Assembly (NCBI GenBank): GCA_028286725.1
Contig: JAQBQZ010000012.1
Coordinates: forward strand, 5,562-69,561
DNA: 64,000 nt
Source of the DNA: Candidatus Tayloriibacteriota bacterium
Lineage (GTDB): Bacteria; Patescibacteriota; Minisyncoccia; Phycocordibacterales; CAIRYW01
Reading direction: 5' to 3'
Under the pieces are notes generated by a model. That model ran no database searches and was not told where the DNA came from. It saw only the letters and a list, made by a program, of their open reading frames with translations. This document shows, piece by piece, positions 34,963-45,479 of this stretch. Each line of letters opens with the position of its first letter. Position 1 is the first letter of the stretch. A program made the position numbers and the translations under genes.

Positions 34963-35409
34963 ATGAAAAACAAAAACATCATATATATAGTCATTATTAT
35001 AGTTATCGCAATCACATTAGCCGGAGTTCTTTCATTTTTTAATACCGATAATGCAGACACGGGGCCTGGGCAGTACGACGCACTTGCACAGTGCGCAGTA
35101 GAGCACGGTGCAAAATTCTACGGCGCATTCTGGTGCCCACACTGTAGAGATCAAAAGAAAGAGTTTGGTAATTCAGCAAAACTACTCCCCTATGTTGAAT
35201 GTTCTACTCCAGATGCATCAGGTCAGACTCAAATCTGTATAGACAAGAAGATCGAAAGCTACCCTACTTGGGAATTCGCCGACGGATCAAGAATCACAGG
35301 AGGTATCACTCCAGAGCAGCTCGCAGAAAAAACATCCTGTTCTCTAGGAGCCGCAACTTCAACAGCGGCAATAGCAACCACAACATCACCCGCATCAGTT
35401 ACAAAATAA
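34963..35409 (+). CDS. membrane-anchored thioredoxin-fold thiol:disulfide oxidoreductase (DsbA/BdbD-like)
   Basis: N-terminal TM then GAFWCPHCRDQKKEFG (CxxC). Start at 34963, preceded by a tataat box at 34951. Confidence 0.65.
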   Translation: MKNKNIIYIVIIIVIAITLAGVLSFFNTDNADTGPGQYDALAQCAVEHGAKFYGAFWCPHCRDQKKEFGNSAKLLPYVECSTPDASGQTQICIDKKIESYPTWEFADGSRITGGITPEQLAEKTSCSLGAATSTAAIATTTSPASVTK

Positions 35410-35421
35410 TAAATCCTAAAG

Positions 35422-35964
35422 ATGAAAATTTTCATTGAAAACCTCATAGTTGTACTCGTCGTATTCGCACAAATACTCTCTGTCGTTTATATTATTGGCT
35501 TCTTTGTAAAACGAAAAAATCCCAATTCTGAATTCGTAAAAATACTGGGAGATAATGGATTTAAACTCACATTTCTTGTTGCGCTCATCTCAACTTGTGG
35601 CAGTCTCTTTTATTCTGATGTATTAGGATACGAGCCATGTAAATTCTGCTGGTTCCAAAGAATATTTATGTATCCTCAGGCTCTCATTCTCGGTCTTGCT
35701 CTATGGAGAAAAGAATGGAATCTGTATTTCTACAGTATTGTAATGTCAGTTATTGGAGGACTCATCGCGCTCAATCACTACATTCTTCAAATGACAGGTT
35801 CATCAATAATCCCTTGTTCAGCAGTCGGTCAAAGTGTTTCTTGTAGCAAAGTGTTCGTAGTTCACCTAGGATACATCACAATTCCATTTATGGCGCTTTC
35901 AGGATTCGTACTCATGACTCTTGCAATGGTATTTTACAAACAAACTTATGAGATTACACGATAG
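35422..35964 (+). CDS. dsbB: disulfide bond formation protein B (DsbB/BdbC family)
   Basis: 4-TM protein with first-loop CKFCW pair and second-loop Cys pair CSAVGQSVSC, 180 aa, adjacent to a thioredoxin-fold partner. Confidence 0.65.
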   Translation: MKIFIENLIVVLVVFAQILSVVYIIGFFVKRKNPNSEFVKILGDNGFKLTFLVALISTCGSLFYSDVLGYEPCKFCWFQRIFMYPQALILGLALWRKEWNLYFYSIVMSVIGGLIALNHYILQMTGSSIIPCSAVGQSVSCSKVFVVHLGYITIPFMALSGFVLMTLAMVFYKQTYEITR

Positions 35965-38119
35965 TATTGAATCAGTCACTCGCCTCTCGTTTGAGCAAAA
36001 ACAAGCTCTCAAAAAACTCAGCCTTTTTACCGTAGGAGATCTTCTCCGATATTATCCTGTGCGTTATGGTGATATATCGAAAGCTGTTGAAATAAATTCT
36101 GTTGAAAAAGGTATTGATGTCACCGTCTTTGGGAGGATCCAAAATCTCACTACAAGCAAAGGATTCAAAACCAAGATCGCAATGGCCAAAGCAACTCTCG
36201 TCGATGAGACCGGTACTCTGGGTCTCGTCTGGTTTAATCAGCCCTACATCGCCAAACTCATACATGATAATTCCCTTGTTAGAGTCGAAGGCAAACTTTC
36301 TATAGGCAAAAGCGGCAGATATTTTTCAAACCCAAAAATAGAAGAGATCGATAAAATTCCAGAAATAAAAGGTATTTCTCTTTTTGCAGAAACCCAAGGA
36401 GATAACGCCTCAAACCATGACGCTCCCCTCTACCCTGTCTATCCTGAGACAAAAAATATTACATCCAATTGGATTTTTCATACACTTCAACGGGTATTTA
36501 AGAGTGATATTTTTGAATATATCACCGATCCGATCCCTGAATCGATTCTCAAAAAGTATTCTCTCCCAACACTAAAAACGGCACTTCTTTGGGTCCACTC
36601 TCCCCACAAGATCGAGGATTATGAGATCGCTCGAAAACGACTCGCGTTTGAAGAAGTATTTTTTATCCAACTCCAAAAACAAATCGAAAGAAAAGAGATA
36701 TTAAAACTGCCTTCTATTCAGCTCAAAGATGCAGAAGAGTTCGCTCTTGAATTTATAAACAAACTCCCTTTTAAACTGACCACTGCTCAAAAGACAGTGA
36801 TTGACACGATCACAAATGAAATGAAACAAGGCACTCCAATGTCTCGACTTCTTGAAGGTGATGTAGGAAGCGGTAAGACAGCGGTCGCAGGCGCAACTGC
36901 GTATGCAGTGGTCAAATCTCATCCCAACGGAAAGGACTTTGGAAACTACCAGATCGCTTACATGGCCCCGACAGAAATACTCGCAACACAACAATTCGAA
37001 TCATTTATCGAATTCTTCAAACATCTTCCTATTGAAATGGCGCTTGTGATAGGAGCTACTTGCAAAAAGTTTCCATCAAAAGTAAATCCGACAGGATCAA
37101 CGAGTGTCTCAAAACCTCAAATGCTCAAATGGATTGAAGAAGGAAAGATCTCGCTTGTCATAGGAACTCACGCCCTCATTCAAAAAAAAGTAAAGTTCAA
37201 AAACCTTGCGTATGTCATTATCGACGAGCAACATCGATTTGGAGTGAACCAAAGACAGAAGCTCGCACGAAAGGACAAAGTAATTCCCCATCTTCTCTCA
37301 ATGACAGCGACCCCGATTCCTCGTACACTTGCACTCACGATCTACGGAGACCTTGATCTTTCGATACTCGATCAAATGCCTGCGGGGCGAAAGCAGATCA
37401 TTACAGAAATCATTACTCCAGAAAAAAGAAATACAGTATATGAAAAAATTCGAGAAGAATTAAATAACGGGAGACAAGCATATATCATCTGCCCACGAAT
37501 TGATGCGCCAGATCCAGATCAAGAAAAGTCACTCCAACTTCGATCAGTCAAAGAAGAAGCAGAACGACTTAAAAAAGAAGTCTTTAGAGAATTTAAAATT
37601 GATATTCTGCATAGCAAAATGACACCAATCGAGAAGGATAAAATCATGGGAGAATTCTACAAAGGAACGATCGATATTCTAGTTTCAACATCTGTTGTTG
37701 AAGTGGGTGTGAATGTGCCGAATGCGACGGTGATCGTGATTGAAGGTGCTGAGAGATTCGGTCTCTCTCAGCTTCATCAGCTTCGAGGACGAGTGCTCCG
37801 AGGAAATCATCAGCCCTATTGCTTTGTATTTGCAGATTCAAAAAATGATAAATCAATCGAAAGACTTCGGGCCTTTAAGAATGCCAAAAACGGCTTCGAG
37901 CTTGCGGAGCTCGATCTTAAACAACGAGGCTCAGGTGGACTTGCAGGAGGCAAACAATGGGGTATAACAGATATTGCCATGGAAGCCCTTCGCAATCTCA
38001 AGATGGTAGAAGCTGCTCGAACAGAAGCAAAACTCATTGCAGAAACAGATCTCACCCTTTCAAAATACCCCGCCCTTAAAGCTGTTCTAGAAAGCAAGAA
38101 AGAGATACATTTTGAGTAA
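35948..38119 (+). CDS. recG: ATP-dependent DNA helicase RecG
   Basis: N-terminal wedge/OB region, helicase motifs GDVGSGKTAVA, DEQHRFGV, SATPIPRT and ...QLHQLRGRVLRG. Start at the internal ATG 35948, 17 nt overlap with dsbB. Confidence 0.85.
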   Translation: MRLHDSIESVTRLSFEQKQALKKLSLFTVGDLLRYYPVRYGDISKAVEINSVEKGIDVTVFGRIQNLTTSKGFKTKIAMAKATLVDETGTLGLVWFNQPYIAKLIHDNSLVRVEGKLSIGKSGRYFSNPKIEEIDKIPEIKGISLFAETQGDNASNHDAPLYPVYPETKNITSNWIFHTLQRVFKSDIFEYITDPIPESILKKYSLPTLKTALLWVHSPHKIEDYEIARKRLAFEEVFFIQLQKQIERKEILKLPSIQLKDAEEFALEFINKLPFKLTTAQKTVIDTITNEMKQGTPMSRLLEGDVGSGKTAVAGATAYAVVKSHPNGKDFGNYQIAYMAPTEILATQQFESFIEFFKHLPIEMALVIGATCKKFPSKVNPTGSTSVSKPQMLKWIEEGKISLVIGTHALIQKKVKFKNLAYVIIDEQHRFGVNQRQKLARKDKVIPHLLSMTATPIPRTLALTIYGDLDLSILDQMPAGRKQIITEIITPEKRNTVYEKIREELNNGRQAYIICPRIDAPDPDQEKSLQLRSVKEEAERLKKEVFREFKIDILHSKMTPIEKDKIMGEFYKGTIDILVSTSVVEVGVNVPNATVIVIEGAERFGLSQLHQLRGRVLRGNHQPYCFVFADSKNDKSIERLRAFKNAKNGFELAELDLKQRGSGGLAGGKQWGITDIAMEALRNLKMVEAARTEAKLIAETDLTLSKYPALKAVLESKKEIHFE

Positions 38120-38134
38120 TCAAAAAACTACGCT

Positions 38135-39622
38135 TTACTTACTCTGATTGTGCGCAAAAGTTGAAATGATTTGTTCAGCTTCAGAAAAATCTTGTTTTCC
38201 TGAAATAGTAGAAATTATATAATTCATATCTGGATAACTATATACATCAACTTCTCCAAATTCACCATTACTATTCCAAACTAGATACGCACGATAAACT
38301 GAAGCTTCACCAATTTTTTTGACAGGCTCTTCGCTTAAAATATTGATATATTTGTTTTCCGCCAACTGATGGTAAAGATCTTTATAGTATTCAATATTTG
38401 TTCCATCATTTTTATAAGCAAGGATATTGATATATGTTGGTGTAACCTTTTTGCTGCTAGACACATATAGAGACGCTTCATCTCTATTCACAATAGAAAC
38501 GACAGCACTCTGAAGCAAAGGCTCTGGCGATACTCCCCAGTTTCTCGGATATTTAATACTAAATTCTGACTTTGAATCAGTGTATGTAAGTTCTGGATTT
38601 TTTATTATTTCGATCATTTGATCGTATCCGGCAGCAATCTCGGTCCTATGACTATACATAAAGTAGAATCCGAAGCAGAGTCCGACAACAAGCACGAGAA
38701 CCCCGAGAACTAAAGAAGTCTTTAATGATTTCTTAACACCATTTTGAGGCAATACATGATGATGCGGAGTTATTCGCTTAAAGATCTGGGCAGCAAAAAT
38801 AATCGCTAATGGAGCCAATATCCATAGACCAAATAATATTTGAAGCCCCAATCCAAAGAGCGGAATAAAAATACTTAAGATATTGAATAAAAATCCGGTC
38901 ACGAAGATTGCAATAAGAGAAATGACCATCCAGACAAAAATATTTAGAAAAATCATCCAGAATTTCCCTCTCGTTAGAGCAAAAGATTCCATAATATTTT
39001 TTATACCGATTTTCTTCTCAGATATAAGAATTGCAACCATTTGAGAAACTCTGACCGATAGAAAAACAAGAGCAAGGAAAAATATAACTGAAGATAAAAT
39101 ACCAAGATATGAATTAAGATACCCGAGACCTAAAGATACGGCAGCCACAACAGAAACAAACCCAAGCGCAATAAACCCAAAAACGATTGCATTCTTAATA
39201 TAGAGAGGAATTAGTTTTGCGGCTTTTTTGAATGCCTTGACCATAGATGGATCTGACATTTCGATTGACTGACTGAATATAGTTAAAGTAAAAATAGTCT
39301 TTAATATGAAAAGTACAAGACCGATTAGGATTCCAGCTAAAATAAACATCACAGGATGCTCTGTAACTGAAACAAGCTGTCCATCAGCAAACTTAGATAA
39401 TTGTGCCATCTCTTCAGACGAACGTGTGAAATTAAAGAGGATTTTAATGTTATCTAATCCCATATATACAATAAACAAAATAGCCAAAAGGATATACCCA
39501 AAAATAAGCGGCAAACTAGCCTTTATTATAAACTTTATATTTTTTCCAAAGTGACCAAATGTAGACTTCAAGACATCAAAAACATTGAGAGGATGGCTTG
39601 CTTCTGGGTTTCTATTTTCCAT
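38135..39622 (-). CDS. hypothetical polytopic membrane protein with a C-terminal extracytoplasmic domain
   Basis: About 8 TM helices in the first 330 aa, then a soluble ~160-aa domain. No known motif. Confidence 0.4.
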   Translation of the reverse strand: MENRNPEASHPLNVFDVLKSTFGHFGKNIKFIIKASLPLIFGYILLAILFIVYMGLDNIKILFNFTRSSEEMAQLSKFADGQLVSVTEHPVMFILAGILIGLVLFILKTIFTLTIFSQSIEMSDPSMVKAFKKAAKLIPLYIKNAIVFGFIALGFVSVVAAVSLGLGYLNSYLGILSSVIFFLALVFLSVRVSQMVAILISEKKIGIKNIMESFALTRGKFWMIFLNIFVWMVISLIAIFVTGFLFNILSIFIPLFGLGLQILFGLWILAPLAIIFAAQIFKRITPHHHVLPQNGVKKSLKTSLVLGVLVLVVGLCFGFYFMYSHRTEIAAGYDQMIEIIKNPELTYTDSKSEFSIKYPRNWGVSPEPLLQSAVVSIVNRDEASLYVSSSKKVTPTYINILAYKNDGTNIEYYKDLYHQLAENKYINILSEEPVKKIGEASVYRAYLVWNSNGEFGEVDVYSYPDMNYIISTISGKQDFSEAEQIISTFAHNQSK

Positions 39623-39749
39623 ATATATTTAATTATGATTACTACGCAATAATGACACAAAAATATACTTTAATCAAATTTATTTAGCAGTCACTGTTTA
39701 CAAACAAAGGGTTGCTTTTTGGACATAATTTCTGTATTCTCAAACATAA

Positions 39750-40592
39750 ATGAAACCAATCTACAAAAAAATATTTAATATTTTCCTATATATTTTCGCA
39801 GCTATCGGACTATTTCTTACACTCGGTTTTTTTGCTGTAAAATTAGGACTTACAAACACCAAAGGCATCATCGACCAACAGGTAGAATTCTTTCGTAATC
39901 AAGATAATACAGTCACAGTCGATACCACCCCTCGACCATGGAACCAGGGACCAGAATGGGAAAACTTTAGCGCGGCAATATCAAAAGACACGCAAGTATT
40001 AAAAAGAGTTGAAAGTGAGACGGGGGTACCTTCACGATTGATTATCTCAGCAGTTTTTGTTGAGCAGATGAGACTTTATTTTTCTGAACGACAAACATTC
40101 AAAGATCTTTTTGCTCCTCTCAAAATCCTCGGGACTCAAACTCAATTCTCACTTGGTGTTTCAGGCATTAAACAAAAGACAGCAGAACAAGTTGAGAATT
40201 ATTTGAAAGATCCTACTTCAGCATATTATCTCGGTGACAGCTTTGCACATTATCTTGATTTCAAAACAACCGATATTGAAAATGAAAGATTCGCGCGACT
40301 TACAGATTACAAAGATCGATACTATTCATATCTCTATACGGCAATCTATATCAAAGAGCTCGCAACAAGCTGGAAGAAAGCGGGATTTGATATATCAGGA
40401 AAACCAGAAATCCTCGCTACCCTCTTTAATATTGGATTTGAACACTCAGCACCCAATGCCACTCCGCAATCAGGAGGTGCAGAAATAGAAATCAATAATA
40501 CAAAATATAGCTTCGGATATCTCGCAGGAGAATTCTATTATTCAAACGAGCTTACAGCCGTATATCCAAAACAGGAGTTTATTTTAAAGTAA
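39750..40592 (+). CDS. hypothetical membrane-anchored secreted protein
   Basis: N-terminal TM (IFAAIGLFLTLGFFAV), 280 aa, no confident family. Confidence 0.4.
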   Translation: MKPIYKKIFNIFLYIFAAIGLFLTLGFFAVKLGLTNTKGIIDQQVEFFRNQDNTVTVDTTPRPWNQGPEWENFSAAISKDTQVLKRVESETGVPSRLIISAVFVEQMRLYFSERQTFKDLFAPLKILGTQTQFSLGVSGIKQKTAEQVENYLKDPTSAYYLGDSFAHYLDFKTTDIENERFARLTDYKDRYYSYLYTAIYIKELATSWKKAGFDISGKPEILATLFNIGFEHSAPNATPQSGGAEIEINNTKYSFGYLAGEFYYSNELTAVYPKQEFILK

Positions 40593-40607
40593 AATCTGTA
40601 GTCAGTT

Positions 40608-40650
40608 CGTATCAAAATAAAACACCCTTAGAGGTGTTTTATTTTGATAC
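40608..40650. terminator. 43-bp perfect palindrome / bidirectional terminator
   Basis: gtatcaaaataaaacacc-cttaga-ggtgttttattttgatac between convergent genes. Confidence 0.6.
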
Positions 40651-40684
40651 TTTAATTATAGATTTACAGCTGAAAAGAAAGCTT

Positions 40685-41650
40685 TTACTTCAACTTTTTG
40701 TAATGACCCATATATTCGCTGTACCAATCATATTTTGACCCAAATCCTGACGCAATCAATTCTATGCAAAGTTTTCCTGTTTTGTTATCAATATCCTTTT
40801 TCGGCGTTATTTCTACTATGTCCATTCCAATGACTTCGGAACTTTTACCAATATAATTTATTAAGTTGGTTATTTCACGATAAGACAAACTCCCAGACGT
40901 TGCCATCGCCGAAGCTGGAGCAAATTGCTCATCAATTGAATCCACATCTAAACTTATCCAAATATTATCAACTTTTTTCTTTAATAATTCAATATTTTTT
41001 GTAATAATGGAAAAGCCATTTTCTAAAATATCCAGCATCGTTATCCTAGAAATATTTTCATTTCTTATTAGGTCTATTTCTGCTTGATCCAAATCTTTGA
41101 GTCCAATATACAAAATGTTTTCTTTCTTGATTTTAGTTTTAACTAAATCCGTCAACCTTTTATCGCCAAAACCCAAAATCGCAGCCGAAGCCATTCCATG
41201 GACATTGCCCGAAAGAGAAGTTTCGTGAGTATTTATATCGCCATGCGCGTCAATCCAGATGACTCCCAAATTTCCGTCTACAGCTTCAGCCGCTCCTGCA
41301 ATTGTTCCTATAGAAATAGCGTGATCACCACCGATAGACAAAACCTTATTTTTTTCTAAAATCTCTTTCTTTACTATTTTATTTGCATCAGAAACAATGT
41401 CTAAAATATCGCTTAAATTATCTTCTTTGGTTTTATTATTTTTCCAAAAACTTTTCTTTGAGGCAGCAAGTTCCGGCAAAACATTAGTTTGAAACCCTGC
41501 AGACTCTAAAGCTTCTTTCAGACCAAGTTTCAATAAATATTTTGGCGCATCCGCCATATCAGAATTATCTGAACCAATATTTAAAGGAATGGATAAAATT
41601 GAAATTTTTTTACTAGATATTTTATTCTCCAAAAAACTTAAACTATCCAT
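40685..41650 (-). CDS. arginase/agmatinase/formiminoglutamase (ureohydrolase) family protein
   Basis: SIGGDHAISIGTIAG, IWIDAHGDINT, SLDVDSID Mn-binding motifs of the arginase fold. Confidence 0.7.
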   Translation of the reverse strand: MDSLSFLENKISSKKISILSIPLNIGSDNSDMADAPKYLLKLGLKEALESAGFQTNVLPELAASKKSFWKNNKTKEDNLSDILDIVSDANKIVKKEILEKNKVLSIGGDHAISIGTIAGAAEAVDGNLGVIWIDAHGDINTHETSLSGNVHGMASAAILGFGDKRLTDLVKTKIKKENILYIGLKDLDQAEIDLIRNENISRITMLDILENGFSIITKNIELLKKKVDNIWISLDVDSIDEQFAPASAMATSGSLSYREITNLINYIGKSSEVIGMDIVEITPKKDIDNKTGKLCIELIASGFGSKYDWYSEYMGHYKKLK

Positions 41651-41699
41651 AATTAAATTATTTTATTAGAGTTAGATCTTTTCAAAAAGTTACCACTAG

Positions 41700-41773
41700 T
41701 GCGCATGCATGGACTCGAACCATGGACCCCAAAGGTATAAGCTTTGTGCTCTAACCAACTGAGCTACACGCGC
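41700..41773 (-). tRNA. tRNA with anticodon UAU (Ile-like, AUA-decoding)
   Basis: GCGCGTGTAGCTCAGTTGGTTAGAGCACAAAG-CTTATAC-CTTTGGGGTCCATGGTTCGAGTCCATGCATGCGC A. Canonical cloverleaf, A73, CCA not encoded. Confidence 0.7.
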
Positions 41774-41854
41774 ATATGGGTGTTATATTAGCCTAAAATA
41801 ACATAAGGATCAATGCGCATTTATACTAGACAACACCCGATTTAACATTACTAT

Positions 41855-43813
41855 TTATGCAACAATCTCTGCTTTTCCTTCCTCGATAGTCTCCTTTTTC
41901 TTCAATGGAATTCCGTGCGCCACAATAATACTCTCGTATTCTGCCTGCTCGATCACTTCAACTTCAATAAGTCGTCGTGTGATTGCCTCAAGTACATTTC
42001 TATATTTAATCACGATGTCTTCGGCTTTCTTGAGCGCATTATGAATGATGAGCGACACTTCAGAATCGATCTCAGCACTCACTCTTTCTGAATATCCATT
42101 GTCTTCCACACCTCGCCCAAAGAGCACTCGTCCTCCTGCACCTTCTAAAGCAATTGGTCCTAGCTTGTCTGACATTCCATATTTGGTCACCATGTCTCGA
42201 GCAAGAGCCGTTGATACCTGAAGATCGTTTGATGGTCCTGTTGTGACATCTCCATAGATCATCTTTTCTACTACATATCCACCAAGTGACATTGCAATAT
42301 CATCCAAGAATTCATTTCGAGATTGCATTTTTTTGTCTTCAAGCGGAAGCTTCATTGTATACCCCGCAGCTCGTCCACGTGAGATGATCGAGATCTTGTG
42401 TACTGGATCTGCATATGGGAGCACAGATGCAACAAGCGCATGTCCCGCTTCGTGATATGCAGTAAGTTCCTTTTCTTTTTTACTCAATAGGTGACTTTTT
42501 CTTTCAGGTCCCATCATTACTTTCTCGATTGATCGAATGAGGTCATACTGTGCAACTTTTGTTCTGTTTTCTCTTGCAGCAAGGATTGCACCTTCGTTCA
42601 TAAGCGACTGAAGATCTGCACCAGAAAATCCTGGAGTTCTTTCTGCAATAAGAGGGAGGTTCACATCTTCGGCAAAAGGTTTTTCTCGGCTGTGAACTCG
42701 AAGTATCTCTTCACGATCTTTTCGATCTGGAAGATCAATAGTAACTCGTCGATCAAATCGTCCCGGTCGAAGGAGTGCAGGATCGAGAACATCCGCTCTG
42801 TTTGTAGCAGCCATTACAATAACCTTTTCGTTGGGTTCAAATCCATCCATTTCAACGAGAATTTGGTTGAGAGTTTGCTCTCGCTCATCGTTTCCTCCTC
42901 CTGTCCCTACACCTCGCACTCGCCCAACAGCATCGATCTCATCGATGAAGATGATTGCAGGCGCTGTCGCCTTTGCCATTTTGAAAAGATCTCGCACACG
43001 ACTCGCACCCACACCGACGAACATTTCAACGAATTCAGCACCTGATACAGAGAAAAATGATACTCCAGCTTCTCCAGCCACCGCTCGTGCAAGAAGTGTC
43101 TTTCCTGTTCCTGGCTGACCCATAAGAAGAATTCCTTTCGGGATTCGCGCGCCAATATCTAAAAACTTTTTAGGATTTTTGAGGAAGTCCACGATTTCTG
43201 ACAATTCTTCTTTTGCTTCTTTTGCACCCGCGACATCTTTGAACGTTACCTTTTGCTTTCCATCTTCAGGACTCGTAAGTCGTGCTCTCGACTGTCCAAA
43301 TGAAAACGCTTGCGCACCAGCACCCCGCATTGATCGTGAGAGATACCAAACAAAAAGAAGAATAAATAATATAGGAAGAATTATTGGTGCAAGGTTAGCA
43401 AACCAGAAAATAAATCCAGTATCACTTTTGACATCAATATTTACTTTTGAAAGCTCATCCCCTGTCACACCATAGTTGAACATTGTTTGTGAAAGAGAAC
43501 TTTCCACTTCCTTCTTTGAGGTCTTTTCTGTACTGTCAGCATACTTTGCAGTTACTGTATCCCCCTCAACAGTGAGTGATGTTACCTTTGCCTCTTTAAT
43601 GTCTCGCGCCAGCTCAGAGAGATTAACATCAGTTTTTTTGTCAGATGTACTAGTGAGATACGGATACGAGACCACAAGAATACCCAAAAAGACGAATATG
43701 AGGATAATATTTTTAATAAAATCCCTTTTCATCTCAGTTTTCTTAGGCATTTTTGGACCCTTTCCTTTTGGCTGACCTTCGTTTTTATGTTGTTTGTTTT
43801 CTTTGTTTTCCAT
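41855..43813 (-). CDS. ftsH: ATP-dependent zinc metalloprotease FtsH
   Basis: TM anchor, AAA+ Walker [19 protein letters not shown], second region of homology (SRH), zinc motif HEAGHALV, 652 aa. Confidence 0.9.
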   Translation of the reverse strand: MENKENKQHKNEGQPKGKGPKMPKKTEMKRDFIKNIILIFVFLGILVVSYPYLTSTSDKKTDVNLSELARDIKEAKVTSLTVEGDTVTAKYADSTEKTSKKEVESSLSQTMFNYGVTGDELSKVNIDVKSDTGFIFWFANLAPIILPILFILLFVWYLSRSMRGAGAQAFSFGQSRARLTSPEDGKQKVTFKDVAGAKEAKEELSEIVDFLKNPKKFLDIGARIPKGILLMGQPGTGKTLLARAVAGEAGVSFFSVSGAEFVEMFVGVGASRVRDLFKMAKATAPAIIFIDEIDAVGRVRGVGTGGGNDEREQTLNQILVEMDGFEPNEKVIVMAATNRADVLDPALLRPGRFDRRVTIDLPDRKDREEILRVHSREKPFAEDVNLPLIAERTPGFSGADLQSLMNEGAILAARENRTKVAQYDLIRSIEKVMMGPERKSHLLSKKEKELTAYHEAGHALVASVLPYADPVHKISIISRGRAAGYTMKLPLEDKKMQSRNEFLDDIAMSLGGYVVEKMIYGDVTTGPSNDLQVSTALARDMVTKYGMSDKLGPIALEGAGGRVLFGRGVEDNGYSERVSAEIDSEVSLIIHNALKKAEDIVIKYRNVLEAITRRLIEVEVIEQAEYESIIVAHGIPLKKKETIEEGKAEIVA

Positions 43814-43953
43814 CCTGGTAGAAAATTATAGTTCACTTAGTAAATACTTGCCCTTTATTTCAATGTCTAAATCAGTCTTATTCTGTAATATATACCCCAT
43901 TTTCCCAATAGAACAAGCCCTTCTATTATAGTCAAAAAAAGAATAATTGCGAA

Positions 43954-44601
43954 CTATTCATCCCCCTCTTCATCACCATCTAAGTCTTCTATATCTTCGT
44001 CTTCGTACTCATCCTCATCATCATATTGTGGAGCAATATTTTGCCCTTTTCGCGACATTGAAGCATATGCAAGGAGCTGTTTTGAAAGTCCTCGGGCCAG
44101 GGGTGAGCTAATGACAGGTATCAAGAACTTGCTTGCTCTCACTTTATTATTGGAATCACTTCGATCATCTGCGGTCACAATATCAAGTTCAGCTACTCCA
44201 AAAAAGAGATAATGATACGGACGAGAGATTGTCACCTTGCTGATCTGCTGATACGGGATCGTAGTCTCATGAATAAAAAAGAGGCCACGCCTCAAATGAA
44301 ATGCGTGTTCATCAAGTTTGAATTTGTAACTTCGATAATGAACATTTCCAACCAAATATCCAACAATAATAACTGAAATACCAAGAAGAACCGTCCATTC
44401 AGAGATCATAAAATCATCTATGTACCAAGTGCTATGACTTTCGAGAAAAGAGGTTGTCATTGCCTTAAGTCTTCCAAAATACATTTCGTAAGAAAGGAAG
44501 ATAAGACCAAGTCCGCTAATTATAAAAAACCAAGCGTGCACAATAAACAAATAAAAGAGCGCTCTTCCACCGCATTTGTAATTTTGTTCGAGTTCAAACA
44601 T
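43954..44601 (-). CDS. membrane protein with bacterial PH-like domain and acidic C-terminal tail
   Basis: Two TM helices, then a YdbS/YdbT-like PH-type region, then DEDEYEDEDIEDLDGDEEGDE tail. Confidence 0.4.
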   Translation of the reverse strand: MFELEQNYKCGGRALFYLFIVHAWFFIISGLGLIFLSYEMYFGRLKAMTTSFLESHSTWYIDDFMISEWTVLLGISVIIVGYLVGNVHYRSYKFKLDEHAFHLRRGLFFIHETTIPYQQISKVTISRPYHYLFFGVAELDIVTADDRSDSNNKVRASKFLIPVISSPLARGLSKQLLAYASMSRKGQNIAPQYDDEDEYEDEDIEDLDGDEEGDE

Positions 44602-44672
44602 ATATATAGTATAAAGGAGAAAGTCGAAAGTCGAAAGTCATAGAAGATATCATCTTGTGATATTATAGACCA

Positions 44673-45440
44673 ATGCAAAACTACCAAAAAGAACTCGAAA
44701 CGGCTATAAATATCGCTCACGAAGCGGGACCAATAATACTCAAATATTTTGATATAGATCAAGAGATTGAACAAAAAGAAGATAAAACTTTTGTTACTAT
44801 CGCTGACAAATTGATCAATACAATGGTAATAGAAAAACTCAAAGAATCATTCCCCGAAGATGGAGTGATCGGTGAAGAAGAAAGTACTGCAGAATACGGA
44901 ATGGGACGAAAGTGGATCTGTGATCCGATAGATGGAACTGCAGGATATATCTGGGGCACTCCAACTGCGATGTTCTCACTTGCACTATGTGTTGATGGCG
45001 TACCTATTGTCGGCGTTGCATTTGATCCTTTCCTTAACAAAATGTATACAGCAATAAAAGGTGGTAAAAGCTTTTGCAATGAAAAGGAATTAAAAGTTTC
45101 AAACAAAGATTTGCAAACTGGAATATTCGCAGTCAGTGGAAGCATCAAGAGTCTTCCAAAGACAAAATACTATCAAAGAATGATCGATGACAAAGTGAGG
45201 CTTGCGGCATTTTCTGGAGCGGTATACAAACCTTGCCTCATCGCTAGAGGCAGACTTGTCGGATATGCAGAATATGGAATCAATCCCCACGATATCGCGG
45301 CAGCGCACCTCATTGTAGAAAATGCTGGCGGCAGAGTAACAGCCATAGACGGTTCCCCTCTCGATTATTCAAAACCATTCAAAGGCGCCATTCTTTCAAA
45401 CGGAGTCGTACACGACAAAGTTGTAGAATATTGTAAATAA
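44673..45440 (+). CDS. inositol monophosphatase family protein (SuhB/IMPase/CysQ-like)
   Basis: GEEE...WICDPIDGTAGYI (DPIDGT motif) plus later Asp-containing motifs, 255 aa. Confidence 0.75.
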   Translation: MQNYQKELETAINIAHEAGPIILKYFDIDQEIEQKEDKTFVTIADKLINTMVIEKLKESFPEDGVIGEEESTAEYGMGRKWICDPIDGTAGYIWGTPTAMFSLALCVDGVPIVGVAFDPFLNKMYTAIKGGKSFCNEKELKVSNKDLQTGIFAVSGSIKSLPKTKYYQRMIDDKVRLAAFSGAVYKPCLIARGRLVGYAEYGINPHDIAAAHLIVENAGGRVTAIDGSPLDYSKPFKGAILSNGVVHDKVVEYCK

Positions 45441-45479
45441 AAAAGGTCTCATCCGAAGATGAGGCCTTTATGAACACTA

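Noticed and set aside
34745-34963. 72-aa minus ORF, and the N-terminal 31-aa extension of the thioredoxin-like ORF (34870 start)
   Set aside because: The extension lacks a hydrophobic signal and a tataat box sits at 34951. The internal ATG at 34963 gives a canonical TM-anchored protein.
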